Made by a program: the position numbers and the translations under genes. This document shows positions 38,124 to 48,780 of a DNA stretch of 64,000 nucleotides, in pieces (positions within the stretch are counted from its first letter, which is position 1; every line of letters starts with the position of its first letter). This stretch comes from an uncultured virus (IMG/VR IMGVR_UViG_3300024496_000014). Its lineage: Duplodnaviria; Heunggongvirae; Uroviricota; Caudoviricetes. The stretch lies in the IMG/VR virus record IMGVR_UViG_3300024496_000014. One strand, written 5' to 3'. The notes under the pieces are model-generated. The model ran no database searches. It was given only the letters and a program-made list of their open reading frames with translations, and was not told the origin of the DNA.

Positions 38124-38944
38124 CAACAAAATTTGCAGTAGTCACTACTTTTCATCAGGCTGGGTACGAAAAATACGGTCGAAGGATGATTCAAACCTTT
38201 TTAGAATCATGGCCTAAAGATGTAACCTTATATGTGTATCCTGAGAATTGTGCAGTAATTGAAACTGCTCCAAACCTCGTTGTGAGAGATTTACACTCGT
38301 CAAGTCCCGAACTAGTTGCATTTAAAGAAAAGTGGAAAAATGACCCAAAAGCCAGAGGGGAAGTAGCCATGGGACCTCCTGGACCTAAGGGAAAGATTCC
38401 CGGAATTGGTTTTCGTTGGGATGCTATTAGATTTAGTCATAAAATTTATTCGGTATGTCATGCGGCAGAAAATACCGATGCCGATATACTGCTTTGGATG
38501 GATGCTGACATGGTTTGCCATACCACACTTCCGGTGCATTTTTTAGAAAAAATGGCAGGTACTCATGTGGGTTTGGGATTTTTAGGTAGAGAAAATAAAT
38601 TTACCGAATGTGGATTATATTCGATGAATTTAAGAAATCCTGCTACTCAAGAATTTTTAAAAGAATTTCAAAAGGCCTACGACACTGGCAGAATTTTCAC
38701 CATGAAAGAGTGGAATGATTGTTGGGTTTTTGACGTTGTTCGAGAAGAAATTAAAAAACTTCATCCTGACTGGTATTGGTACAACTGGAGTAAGGGATTA
38801 ATCAAAGGAGAAGGCCATCCGCTGGTTAATAGTCCTTGGGGTGCTTATCTCGATCACCTTAAAGGTAACCGAAAAAATACCGGAAAAAGCCTAAAAACAG
38901 ATTTTATTCGTCAGCGTACTGAAAAATATTGGATTACTCAGTAA
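38120..38944 (+). CDS. GT-A glycosyltransferase-like protein
   Basis: RFSHK, WMDAD, ECG, DCWVFD, HLKG. Confidence 0.7.
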   Translation: MTTKFAVVTTFHQAGYEKYGRRMIQTFLESWPKDVTLYVYPENCAVIETAPNLVVRDLHSSSPELVAFKEKWKNDPKARGEVAMGPPGPKGKIPGIGFRWDAIRFSHKIYSVCHAAENTDADILLWMDADMVCHTTLPVHFLEKMAGTHVGLGFLGRENKFTECGLYSMNLRNPATQEFLKEFQKAYDTGRIFTMKEWNDCWVFDVVREEIKKLHPDWYWYNWSKGLIKGEGHPLVNSPWGAYLDHLKGNRKNTGKSLKTDFIRQRTEKYWITQ

Positions 38945-39653
38945 TTTGATATTCGTGTTTTGAATGCTTGGCTTTGTAATGATCTAAATATTCCCCAAGC
39001 ACGGTATGCTTCATTGGAGTTTTGTAAGGCTTTTTAAAATCTTTGCATAAATCATTGCCTTTTGCTCCGATTTTTTCAAAAACATAACCATATACATCGT
39101 TATCGTAAAATCTTCTTAAATTTTTTGAATCTTGTTCAACAAAGTGTCTACGATACTCATTTCTAAAATTAAAAAAGTTTGGATGTTTTGTGTTTACAGC
39201 AGAAAAACCAGTCTCAGGAACAAACCATCTACCAGGAGTTCCGTCTTTAGCTGACAAATATGTAACTCCCATGTGAGTGCTAAGAACATTGTCAGGTAAA
39301 ACTGATTTTAACAAGTCTAAAGGAAGTTTTTTCTTTGTAATAACATCGGCGTCTAACCAAATAATTCGATCAGCATCGCTGTTAAACATTGCGTGTATAA
39401 AACTAAAAGATTTTTTAGCAAATTTTCTTTCTTGACCGCCTATACCTTTAGTATTTTGAAAAATTTCATATGCAGGGTCTAATTCTTTAAAGTCTATTTG
39501 TTTAATTCGGTTTATGTTTGGTAATTGAAACTCTTCGACATAGCAAGTCAGTGTTAATTCTTCTGGCCAATATGTTAACCAAGACTCTACAGAGTCTCTT
39601 CCGATGAGATTATAATAATATTCGTTGAAACTTGTTATAACTTCTATTTTCAT
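38934..39653 (-). CDS. GT-A glycosyltransferase-like protein (paralogue)
   Basis: KFAKK, WLDAD, ETGF, YDN, HYK. Confidence 0.7.
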   Translation of the reverse strand: MKIEVITSFNEYYYNLIGRDSVESWLTYWPEELTLTCYVEEFQLPNINRIKQIDFKELDPAYEIFQNTKGIGGQERKFAKKSFSFIHAMFNSDADRIIWLDADVITKKKLPLDLLKSVLPDNVLSTHMGVTYLSAKDGTPGRWFVPETGFSAVNTKHPNFFNFRNEYRRHFVEQDSKNLRRFYDNDVYGYVFEKIGAKGNDLCKDFKKPYKTPMKHTVLGEYLDHYKAKHSKHEYQITE

Positions 39654-40588
39654 ACATACTTTCTCATATGAGACCAACATTCCCCGTTGGTAATTTCTTC
39701 AAAGTTCCAATGGAACATAGCCAACCGTTCTACCCATTTTTGTCTGTCTGGTAAATTAGGATTTTCAATGTCAGATAAATTCATATTTGAAATTTCTGCA
39801 CACTGACTTTTTTCAGGATCGGTGACAAAAATAGGATATCCTTCAATTGCGGCTCCTACGGTTGGACTTGAATTATAATTTACCACAGCCCAGCAATTTT
39901 TTAAATCATGTTCTAGTGTTGTGCCTGGTTGTGATAACCTAATATTGTTATTTTTGTGACCAAGTTTTTTTATCAAGTTTTGAGGACTTAAATAATCTTT
40001 TGAGCCTTTGTCACCTGGATGTGCTCTTAATACAATTTCTCTATCAGTGTATTTTCTAATCTCTTTTAAGGTTGCTGCGGTCCATTCTACCACATCATAT
40101 CCACCCATCGACCATCCGCCATTTCGTTGTAAACAAAATAAAATGTGATTTCCTGTAGTGCGATAGTCTTTTAAAGATAAATTTAAATTTTTAGAAAGAG
40201 TTATCCAACGTTGAGGATCAATTTCTTTATCGCAATACTCTCCTGTATTAGGAAATATTCCGTTAAAACTATATCTTAAATAATGTTTAGGATTTGTATT
40301 ATCTTTATATAAAAATAAATTACTATCTGCCAATAAAACTTTTTTATTTGCATTAAGTTGATAATCAATGATTTTTCTTCTAAATTCTAAATGTGCAGTT
40401 CCTTTAGATCCTGCATGAACCCATCCTATGCTCATACCTACGTCAGCAGGAACAACTCGCATGTCGGTCACAAGTTCAACTTCGTCACCGTATTTTTGAA
40501 CCCCAGTGGCATATAATTTTAAAATTTCTCCTTTTTCAACATTTTTGTTGTTAGGAGGAATACAAGCTAGGTATGCTGCAAATTTCAT
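39650..40588 (-). CDS. KpsS/KpsC-like GT-B glycosyltransferase
   Basis: LQR.GGWS, RAHPGD, VNYNSS..V.A.IEGYP. Confidence 0.62.
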   Translation of the reverse strand: MKFAAYLACIPPNNKNVEKGEILKLYATGVQKYGDEVELVTDMRVVPADVGMSIGWVHAGSKGTAHLEFRRKIIDYQLNANKKVLLADSNLFLYKDNTNPKHYLRYSFNGIFPNTGEYCDKEIDPQRWITLSKNLNLSLKDYRTTGNHILFCLQRNGGWSMGGYDVVEWTAATLKEIRKYTDREIVLRAHPGDKGSKDYLSPQNLIKKLGHKNNNIRLSQPGTTLEHDLKNCWAVVNYNSSPTVGAAIEGYPIFVTDPEKSQCAEISNMNLSDIENPNLPDRQKWVERLAMFHWNFEEITNGECWSHMRKYV

Positions 40589-42012
40589 TTATTAGTATTT
40601 TTAATTAAAAGTTCTTTATTTAGAATACCAATGTGATGATGAAAATATTCATTCAACGGGCTGTACTTAATGGAAAATTCATTTTTTCGTTCATCGGCGC
40701 CATTGAGTTGCCACTTATCTGCTGTATCGCAATAAGAACCAATTCCATATTTTCCTATTAAAGACCCTAGCATATGATTATCGTATATTTGCCTTTGTTG
40801 ATAAATTTGTCCATTATACCAACCAGTAGAATATTCTCTAATAAATGCCGGAAATGCTTCGTGTTTTGTATTAAACGCAACAATTCCAGTTTCTAAATCT
40901 AACCCCGTACCAGGAATTAATGTTGCACATACTCGAGCGCCGGGGCTCAGTAATTCTTTTGCTTTTGAGAAAGATAAGGGACGTTTAACAGAAATATCAG
41001 CGTCTAACCAAACTACAAGACCACCAAATTTTCTTGCTGCCCATACCTGTACACGACTCTTTTTCCAGAATCTATCTGCTTTAGTTCCTCCCATTGCTTC
41101 TTGAACCCAAGGGTCCTGTGTATTAGCAACATCTTTCCAGAACATAAAATTTTTACCAAATCCTAGATCTACAGGTTTGTCATCCCAAACAAAAACAACA
41201 TCGCCCGGTAATGTATTTCTCCAAGATGCAAGTGTAATACTACCTACTTCGTTAAAATAATCTCTAGAAAGACTAGTAACAAACGTCAATGGAGGACGAG
41301 GCTTAGAACCAAATTCTAATCCCAACTCATTAGCATAATCAATTAAGTATTGATACCATACATTTTTATATAAACAATCCATGTAATGGGGGAACCAAGG
41401 TCCGCCCTCAGTCCAGTGGTATGCAACAGGCTTTCCGTCTTTTGTTTCATCATTCCATCCGACAAGAAAATTATATTTTGTTGAAACAGAACCAATCTCG
41501 TGATCCTGTAACCATTGGAACCTATGTAAAAATTGTCCTGTTTGAGAATTTACCACCTCTGGTGTTAATGCTCTGTTTGATGGATGCTCACAATTCCATA
41601 AAATCATCGAACTCCAGTTCTTTCTTGGATACTGGGCCTGTTGTTTGTTGTCCATCTTTACGGTATTTGTTGGTTGATGATTATGTTGAACAACCATTAC
41701 AGCATATTTTGGATCTGCTTGAGCAAATAATTCTGATATGTTACCGTCCCAAACAAAATCACAATCGCAGAATAAAGCCCAACCTTTGTATTTTTGTAAA
41801 GATGGCACTAAAAATCTAGTAAATGTAAATTCGGTGCTTCCTAAAGAATCGACATCTCTTGTATATAGACCGTCTCGTCTTAATTGGTCCTGTTTTAAAG
41901 GCTTAACAATAGCATCAGGTGTATTTTTATAGATTGAAAATTCGCATACCTTATATGCAATATCTTCTCTAGAATCGTAACCGATATAAACAGGTAAAAA
42001 ATCAAAATTCAT
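40585..42012 (-). CDS. Two-domain glycosyltransferase (GT8-like N-terminal plus GT-A C-terminal)
   Basis: IGYDSRE, STEFTFTRF, DCD, YPRKNWSS, HWTEGGPW; second domain WLDAD/ETG. Confidence 0.78.
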   Translation of the reverse strand: MNFDFLPVYIGYDSREDIAYKVCEFSIYKNTPDAIVKPLKQDQLRRDGLYTRDVDSLGSTEFTFTRFLVPSLQKYKGWALFCDCDFVWDGNISELFAQADPKYAVMVVQHNHQPTNTVKMDNKQQAQYPRKNWSSMILWNCEHPSNRALTPEVVNSQTGQFLHRFQWLQDHEIGSVSTKYNFLVGWNDETKDGKPVAYHWTEGGPWFPHYMDCLYKNVWYQYLIDYANELGLEFGSKPRPPLTFVTSLSRDYFNEVGSITLASWRNTLPGDVVFVWDDKPVDLGFGKNFMFWKDVANTQDPWVQEAMGGTKADRFWKKSRVQVWAARKFGGLVVWLDADISVKRPLSFSKAKELLSPGARVCATLIPGTGLDLETGIVAFNTKHEAFPAFIREYSTGWYNGQIYQQRQIYDNHMLGSLIGKYGIGSYCDTADKWQLNGADERKNEFSIKYSPLNEYFHHHIGILNKELLIKNTNK

Positions 42013-42817
42013 TTAACATTCTCCAGGCTGCGCCATTTTTTAATTCATCAATGTGATATTGTCCGTAGGCTAAATGGCAAGCCCATGCATATACTTTATC
42101 TTTGTCGGGATAGTACGGAGTTTCGATTTGACTCAAATCTTGTGATGCAACAGGAGAAGCTGCATGTGTAGGTGCTAGCGTAAATGCAGGATATCCGTAT
42201 AAAATTGCTTCGGTTGCTGAATTTGAATTATATGTAACTAACGCATGAACATCGTCATCAAGTGCTTCTTTTAACGTATTTGTAAGTACACGATCTGTTC
42301 TGCTTTTAACTCGTTGGCGTACAACAATTTCTCTATCTGTATATTGTTTAAGAGTATAGATAGTATCGTTGATCCATTCTTCTAAATCAATATTATAAAA
42401 CTTACAAGGTTTTTCATCAGGGGCTGCAATAAGAATTTTTTTGCCGCCTTTTTTCCAATTGTGAATAGGAATTCCTAATTTTCTAAATCTATCGTCTGGC
42501 CTTTGAATTATAGTATTTCCGTGTTGTATATCGTTTTTAACAATCCTATGCCAATATTTCCAACCCATGGGATTTAATGCACTTTTTTGATTACCCATAT
42601 ATCCGGTATCCATAAAATAAAAATCTCTATTATCAAACCAACAACGTTGCATGATTTTTTTCTTAAGAATACCTCTAAGGACAATGGGGTCTCTGCTGTG
42701 CTCATATATAAAATCATCTGTGTTTATCACTCGACCATTAGCGCCAAGTGCAAACATGTTGATATATTCATCTTGTCCGTCTTTACTAAGAAAGATCCAA
42801 TTGGTCATCTGTTTCAT
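42002..42817 (-). CDS. KpsS/KpsC-like GT-B glycosyltransferase
   Basis: DTGY, TDREIVVR, VTYNS.SA.EA...GYP. Confidence 0.6.
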   Translation of the reverse strand: MKQMTNWIFLSKDGQDEYINMFALGANGRVINTDDFIYEHSRDPIVLRGILKKKIMQRCWFDNRDFYFMDTGYMGNQKSALNPMGWKYWHRIVKNDIQHGNTIIQRPDDRFRKLGIPIHNWKKGGKKILIAAPDEKPCKFYNIDLEEWINDTIYTLKQYTDREIVVRQRVKSRTDRVLTNTLKEALDDDVHALVTYNSNSATEAILYGYPAFTLAPTHAASPVASQDLSQIETPYYPDKDKVYAWACHLAYGQYHIDELKNGAAWRMLNEF

Positions 42818-43575
42818 TGTCTTTCTATATCATCTTCAATGCATTGTTCACCGTATTGAATTTCAACAACTTTCACAGGAACATCAAACGGATTAGTAAG
42901 TTGATGCCACTCGTTAACTGGTACTTTGTACTCAACGTGCTTTCTTAAATGAACGCTAGGCATAGCGTAACCGCTGTTCATTAGTCTGTTTACTTCTGCT
43001 TCACCGTCGCTGACTATCCAGTATTCTGCTCTTAATTTATGTCGTTGCATACTTAATTTTTTTCCAGGATCAACGGTTAGTTCTTTTACTTTCATTCCTG
43101 GTACTTCGTGCAAGACACGATAATATCCCCACGGACGTTCGGTCTTTGGTGCTTTCCATTCTTGTAAAATCCATGAGCTAGAATTCATCTTATGTTCGCC
43201 GCCAACTCCAAATACAAATTCTAAATTATCGTCTTTAATATCCATTTCGGGAATATTAGCATTTGTTCTATCACCGCCGTTAGCAAATATAATTTTATCG
43301 TTGGGATAAATTTCACGAACTTTTCTAATAGCATCTTTAGCTGAACCGTCGTCGTCGTTAAAATTAATAACTCGAGATACATTTGTTAAAGCGCCTAATA
43401 TGCTTGAACGTTCTTCCCAAGGCATAAATTCTTGACCTTTTTTTCTTCTTAACCATGCATCGGAATTTGCACCAACAACTAGAACATCACCTAATTTTTT
43501 AGCTTCATTAATATAAGCAATATGGCCAGAATGAATAGGATCAAATCCTCCAGTAACTAACACTATATTTTTCAT
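42814..43575 (-). CDS. Cytidylyltransferase fused to mannose-6-phosphate-isomerase-type cupin
   Basis: TGGFDPIHSGH, NSD, FANGGDR; RPWG...LSMQRH..RAEYW...EIQYG..EDDIER. Confidence 0.85.
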   Translation of the reverse strand: MKNIVLVTGGFDPIHSGHIAYINEAKKLGDVLVVGANSDAWLRRKKGQEFMPWEERSSILGALTNVSRVINFNDDDGSAKDAIRKVREIYPNDKIIFANGGDRTNANIPEMDIKDDNLEFVFGVGGEHKMNSSSWILQEWKAPKTERPWGYYRVLHEVPGMKVKELTVDPGKKLSMQRHKLRAEYWIVSDGEAEVNRLMNSGYAMPSVHLRKHVEYKVPVNEWHQLTNPFDVPVKVVEIQYGEQCIEDDIERQ

Positions 43576-44756
43576 TTTAGTCCTTTCAAAATAGTTTCTA
43601 GTAATAGTAAATCGTTGTCATTAACAAAATGATTGTTTCCAATATAAACACCAACATCGTGTAATATGTCGGCATTATGAGGGCTGTCTGTTTCAATATT
43701 ATATTTTTTTAAAAATGGATGTTTTAATAAATTTCCACTTACTACAGGCCGATATTCGATGCCGTGTTTTTTAAATTCGTCTAATAGTGTTATATATGTT
43801 TCTTTACTTTTACAAATAAAAGGAAAACAGAAACTACTATTAGTTTCATCTTCTTTAGGAAAAAAGAATTTATCAGGATATTGTTTAATAATTTTTAAAT
43901 ATTTTTTAAAATTTTCTTTACGGATATGAATCATGCTATCCAATCTTTTTAGTTGTGACATACCTAAAATTGCAGGTAACTCATGATTTCTAAAATTATA
44001 TCCGTCTGTCATAAACAGAAAACTAGGAGGCAAGTTTGGATATTCATCTTGATATTTTTTAAAATATTCGGGAGATCCTTCTCTAGCTAGACCGTGACTT
44101 CTTTTTAATCTCATCAATTCATATAATTCTTGATTGTTTGTGGAAATCATTCCTCCCTCAACGGTAGTCATGTGATGGCCGAAATAAAAGCTAAAAGTTG
44201 CCCCTAAAGAATCTGAACCTCTTTTTTTGTTATTAGGATCGCAAACACCGTGTGATTCGCAAATGTCTTCTAGTATGAGCGCATCTGGAAATATTTCTTT
44301 GTATTTTTCTATTTCAGCATCTAAGCCCAACAGATGTGTGACAAATATTATTTTAATGTCTTTATGTTTATTTTTTAATTTTTTTAACTTTTCAACATCG
44401 TAACTAAAAGTTGATAAATCAATATCTGCAAAGATTGGTTTAAATCCAGTTTGAATTACTGGGGCAACGTTTGTGACCCATGTACACGCAGGAACTAAAA
44501 CTTTATCCCCGTCTTTAAAATTATATAACTCTTTAATAGCAGATAATAATAATAAATTTGCTGTGCTGCCAGACGAAACAAATAAAGAATATTTAGAACC
44601 TAACCATTCATTCCACTGAGCCTCAAATAATTTTACTTTTTCTCCGTTAGTGAATTTTTTTGAAGTTAAAATGAACTTGATCATTTTAAATTTGTCTGGC
44701 CAAGTAATTGTATCTTTCATTAAAGGCCATTTTAGTATTGGTGGTTTATTGATCAT
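43572..44756 (-). CDS. PLP-dependent DegT-family sugar 3-dehydratase (ColD/RfbH type)
   Basis: SSGSTAN, EDICES, SFYFGHHMTTVEGG with His at the PLP-lysine position. Confidence 0.82.
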   Translation of the reverse strand: MINKPPILKWPLMKDTITWPDKFKMIKFILTSKKFTNGEKVKLFEAQWNEWLGSKYSLFVSSGSTANLLLLSAIKELYNFKDGDKVLVPACTWVTNVAPVIQTGFKPIFADIDLSTFSYDVEKLKKLKNKHKDIKIIFVTHLLGLDAEIEKYKEIFPDALILEDICESHGVCDPNNKKRGSDSLGATFSFYFGHHMTTVEGGMISTNNQELYELMRLKRSHGLAREGSPEYFKKYQDEYPNLPPSFLFMTDGYNFRNHELPAILGMSQLKRLDSMIHIRKENFKKYLKIIKQYPDKFFFPKEDETNSSFCFPFICKSKETYITLLDEFKKHGIEYRPVVSGNLLKHPFLKKYNIETDSPHNADILHDVGVYIGNNHFVNDNDLLLLETILKGLK

Positions 44757-45474
44757 GGTAACAAATTGCCGTATGGTTTATATAAATTTCCGAGTAGCCG
44801 CGAAGATGAAATTCTTCGCAAATAATTGAAGTATCGCAATCAAATTTTTTAAATCTTTCATTAAACCAGCCGTACCGTGCACCGTCCTGAAATGGTTTTG
44901 CATCAAATAAGCATACTCCGTTACATGTTGAATAATATTTTCCAAAAGGAGTAATATCCCAATCTTTATGTAATTTTCCTCTGTCTTCGTCGGCGTGTCT
45001 TCGTGTAGCCCAAACATCATATAATTTTCCGTTTGTTCCTTTTGAAACCATTGATACAATATCAACTTTTGTTAAATTATATGTTTCTTGAAAATTTAAA
45101 ATTTTTTCAACATCTTGTAGATCAAATCTCATATCGGATTCAATATCTAATATATGATCTACATTGTTAAGAAAATTTTTTGCTTCGATTGCTTTATTTC
45201 TTGCTGCTGCTAAATTTTTTACACGCTGTTCATCTTTAACAGAATGAAAAAATTCTGTTCCTATATTTTCGCAGATAATAGAAAAATCTTTAGCGAAGGA
45301 CCAATCTAAATTATTCAATTTAATTTTGGTATCATCAGTTGAATCGTTTTCATACAAAGAAATATAAAAATTATAATTAGGAAAATGCTCAACTATTGAT
45401 TTTATTTGAGAATAATATTGTTCTATTTTTTGACTAGAATTTCTAAAAATAGTGTATATCAAAATGTTTTTCAT
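44746..45474 (-). CDS. Glycosyltransferase (GT-A)
   Basis: YENDSTDDT, LAAARN, ESD, YDVWA. Confidence 0.7.
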   Translation of the reverse strand: MKNILIYTIFRNSSQKIEQYYSQIKSIVEHFPNYNFYISLYENDSTDDTKIKLNNLDWSFAKDFSIICENIGTEFFHSVKDEQRVKNLAAARNKAIEAKNFLNNVDHILDIESDMRFDLQDVEKILNFQETYNLTKVDIVSMVSKGTNGKLYDVWATRRHADEDRGKLHKDWDITPFGKYYSTCNGVCLFDAKPFQDGARYGWFNERFKKFDCDTSIICEEFHLRGYSEIYINHTAICYHDQ

Positions 45475-45518
45475 GAACTATTTATAAAATAAATATTTGG
45501 CATTTTAAGGATTAGAAT

Positions 45519-46166
45519 ATGTGGGTATTAGCAAGTCGCGGAAGACCAAAGAACCTAAAACGGTTTATTAAATGCTGGAAAGAAACTAAAGGATCAACTC
45601 CAGTTTATATTAGATTAGATGAATGCGATCCAGAAATTGAAAATTATAAAAAATTAAATTATCCAAAAGAATTTCATGTTGTAATAGAATCTCGAGCCAG
45701 GTTAGGACGGGCAATGAACGAGATGGTTGAAAGGTATCCAAACGAACCGTGGTATGGATTACTAGCAGACGATTTAATCCCACAAACTCAAAATTGGGAT
45801 CAAAAACTTGTAATTGCTGCTTCTAATAATTTTATATCTCAATGTAATGATTTAACAAGAAAGCCACAAAACTGCTGTCATCCTTGTATAGGGGGAGATT
45901 TGATAAGAAAAATTGGATGGTTTGCTTTACCTGTATGCACCCATTATTGTGTTGAACTTCCTTGGAAAGAGCTTACTAAAAGAAATCCAGAAATTTTAAA
46001 ATATCTTTCAGATGTAGTTGTTGAACATGCGCATTATCGATTTGACAAAGCTGAATTGGACAACACATACAAAGAGTTAAAAACTTTAAAACATCCTGAC
46101 CACGAAATTTGGGATCAATGGAAATTACAACATCTTGACGAATTTTGTATCAAGGCGTTGAGCTAA
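45519..46166 (+). CDS. Glycosyltransferase-like protein (GT2-like)
   Basis: SRGRP, LADD..PQT..WD, VVEH.H. Confidence 0.62.
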   Translation: MWVLASRGRPKNLKRFIKCWKETKGSTPVYIRLDECDPEIENYKKLNYPKEFHVVIESRARLGRAMNEMVERYPNEPWYGLLADDLIPQTQNWDQKLVIAASNNFISQCNDLTRKPQNCCHPCIGGDLIRKIGWFALPVCTHYCVELPWKELTKRNPEILKYLSDVVVEHAHYRFDKAELDNTYKELKTLKHPDHEIWDQWKLQHLDEFCIKALS

Positions 46167-46959
46167 AAAACAACTCAATATTTCTATCTTTATTATTGAT
46201 GTTGTTAACTTGTTTTAATAATTCTAAATCAATTCCTAGACTAGACGCTTCTGTTTGAATAGCACTAATATCTTTTGGAAAGCATATGCCACCCCAACCA
46301 AATTTTCCATCTGGTCCGGGAACATTTAAATGTGTATAACCAATTCGATCATCATAAATGGTTAGATCTTTTAACGATTCAAAACTTACATTCTCTGCCT
46401 TTGCTAACTTATAAAATTCATTCATAAATGTTACCTTAGTGGCAAGGTACGCATTCATCATATACTTGTATAAGGCAGCAGACTTAATATCAGTAACTAA
46501 AAATTGCCTGTGGACTAGAGGAACACCTGATCGAATAACATCTCTAGCAGTAACACATAATTCTCCGTTACCGCCTAGAATAAAATATCTACTATTTTGA
46601 TAATCGGCGCTAGCATTAGCCGCAGTTAAAAATTCTGGGCAATGAATTATTGAAGGATATTCTTTTAAAAGTTGATTGTATATGCTAGGAGTTGCTGTCG
46701 ATTTGCATATTAACGGTATTTTTTCGCTAATGCCTGCATTATATAATTCTTTTAAAACCTGTTCAAGAATAGAGGCATCACAACTACCATTGTCTAAAGC
46801 TGGAGTTGGAACACAAATAAAGATTCCGTCGCAATCTAAGAATTTTTCATAGTCGGCACTATCTTCAAATTTTGGATCTCGAACTACTCTTTCATCATTA
46901 CGATGTGCCCAATAAATTGCTTCTCCAACAAAACCTAGACCAATAATTCCTATTTTCAT
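46150..46959 (-). CDS. UDP-glucose/GDP-mannose dehydrogenase family protein
   Basis: GLGFVG, CVPTP, KST, PEFL, KY..N, GWGGICFPKD. Confidence 0.88.
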   Translation of the reverse strand: MKIGIIGLGFVGEAIYWAHRNDERVVRDPKFEDSADYEKFLDCDGIFICVPTPALDNGSCDASILEQVLKELYNAGISEKIPLICKSTATPSIYNQLLKEYPSIIHCPEFLTAANASADYQNSRYFILGGNGELCVTARDVIRSGVPLVHRQFLVTDIKSAALYKYMMNAYLATKVTFMNEFYKLAKAENVSFESLKDLTIYDDRIGYTHLNVPGPDGKFGWGGICFPKDISAIQTEASSLGIDLELLKQVNNINNKDRNIELFFSSTP

Positions 46960-47411
46960 AGAGTAGCATCTTCCAGGCCAGCTGTTCTTAATTTAACAAT
47001 GTTAGATAATTGCCATTGCTTGATGTCAAGACCTTTAATGATACCTAACCATTTGTTACGTAGCAAAGCAAAGTCATTGATAATTTTTTCAAAGTCTACA
47101 ACGTCGGCTTCGCCCTCTACAAATTTTTCACAATCTCTAGAGGACAAAGCACGTTGATAGTTTTCAAGGTACTTACGAAAATGTTGACTTCGAAGTCTAC
47201 GAAGTTCAATATTAAGATATTCGAGAATTGCTTCAATTTCTTGAAGCTGATTGAATCGATTTTCAACAATGCCGGGCATACTGGCAGCGGCCTTTTCAAT
47301 ATTTCCCGCTATGCGAGCATCATTCTTTGCTGCCAATAATTCAGCCTCATAGTATGCCACTGCATCAGGGATATTTGAGATGTCCTTTGAAACTCGATCA
47401 TACCAATTCAT
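46956..47411 (-). CDS. uvsY: Recombination mediator UvsY-like
   Basis: Helical ORF ending KGLDIKQWQLSNIVKLR; next to UvsX. Confidence 0.72.
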   Translation of the reverse strand: MNWYDRVSKDISNIPDAVAYYEAELLAAKNDARIAGNIEKAAASMPGIVENRFNQLQEIEAILEYLNIELRRLRSQHFRKYLENYQRALSSRDCEKFVEGEADVVDFEKIINDFALLRNKWLGIIKGLDIKQWQLSNIVKLRTAGLEDATL

Positions 47412-47645
47412 TTAATCCTCATCTTCGTAATATTCATCTTCTTCTTCGATCTCTTCGCCATCAATAGCATATTCAATAGCTGTGTCTAAATATGGATCTA
47501 CGCCTAGTAGACTATCTAAAACACTTTCTTTAATACCATAATCTAACAATGTGTTAACAAAGTCAGCGGCAACGTCTTTGCGTTGTTTTTCAGGAATATG
47601 CTCTACAACAATTGACCATAAATCTGCAATTAAATCTTCTTTCAT
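47412..47645 (-). CDS. Acidic hypothetical protein
   Basis: ORF between uvsX and uvsY. Confidence 0.6.
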   Translation of the reverse strand: MKEDLIADLWSIVVEHIPEKQRKDVAADFVNTLLDYGIKESVLDSLLGVDPYLDTAIEYAIDGEEIEEEDEYYEDED

Positions 47646-48721
47646 TCTACGCTCTCCGGTTGGGATTCAATATTTGTAGTTATCTCAGAAACGGATTTTT
47701 CACCGTTTTTGATGATGTCGGACATAATTGCATCTAGCCCACCGTTTTCGTTTCTTTCCCAAGCCTTGCGGAATTGTTTGATAATTTCGCCATCGGCTGT
47801 TGTGTATACAAGGCTATTTCCTTCTTTCTTTAGAAGACCTTTTTCTTCTGCCAGATCTACCATTCCGCTATACGGATTCATACCTGTTTCATAAGGAATC
47901 TTTACCTGTACACTTTCAAAAGGTTTTGCATAACGTGTTTTCATAATCTTACAAGCTGCACGAATACCTTTAACTTCTGAAATCTTGTTGCCGTCTTCGT
48001 CTTCTTTCAACTTTAACTTACGCATAGCAACAACAATAGAGCTTGCGTAGATAAAACCTTGTCCTCCACTGATTTTGTCATCTGGATCAAACATATCTTG
48101 ACTTGCGTATGTGTGGTTAGTAGCAACTAAACCAATGTTTAAACTACCAAACATATTAACACAATTACGAACAAGTGCTGTAAGTGCTTTAGGTTTACGG
48201 CCCATGTCGCCTTTTAAATCGCCTGCTTCGAACTGATTAACATCTGTAGGAGTTAACAACATACCTAGTGAATCAAGTACAAACAGAACCTTAGGACGGC
48301 TATCTTCAGGCATTGCTTTATATTCAGCAACAAATTCTGTAATAGTTTTTGCTACATCGTCAATCATTGCCATATTAAGTTTAAGCAACTTATCTTCGCT
48401 AGTATCAACACCAAGTGCTTTTAACCAATCTTCATCGAGAGCATTTTCTGTATCGATTAGGATTGGATAAATTCCTTGTGCCTGTGCTGCCTTAATAAGG
48501 TTACCTGAACAGATATATGATTTACCTGCGCCAGATTCACCGGCGAATACCGTAACTTTACCTAGCGGTACACCTTTATTAAAATCACCGCTAATCAAAT
48601 AATTGAGAGCGTAGTTACCTGTTGAGATCCAATCAGTAGGATCATTAAAGCCAATTGACAAGCCTTCAATAGACTTTGTAATTGACTTTCTAAATTTAGA
48701 AATATCAAATGCTTTTGCCAT
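47642..48721 (-). CDS. uvsX: RecA-like recombinase UvsX
   Basis: AGESGAGKS, DTENA, LDSLG, NHTY, SGGQG. Confidence 0.92.
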   Translation of the reverse strand: MAKAFDISKFRKSITKSIEGLSIGFNDPTDWISTGNYALNYLISGDFNKGVPLGKVTVFAGESGAGKSYICSGNLIKAAQAQGIYPILIDTENALDEDWLKALGVDTSEDKLLKLNMAMIDDVAKTITEFVAEYKAMPEDSRPKVLFVLDSLGMLLTPTDVNQFEAGDLKGDMGRKPKALTALVRNCVNMFGSLNIGLVATNHTYASQDMFDPDDKISGGQGFIYASSIVVAMRKLKLKEDEDGNKISEVKGIRAACKIMKTRYAKPFESVQVKIPYETGMNPYSGMVDLAEEKGLLKKEGNSLVYTTADGEIIKQFRKAWERNENGGLDAIMSDIIKNGEKSVSEITTNIESQPESVE

Positions 48722-48780
48722 ATTATGTTCCCTGTAGTGGTAAGAGAGTGCGGGTATTGCCCACACTCTTTACTTTATTA

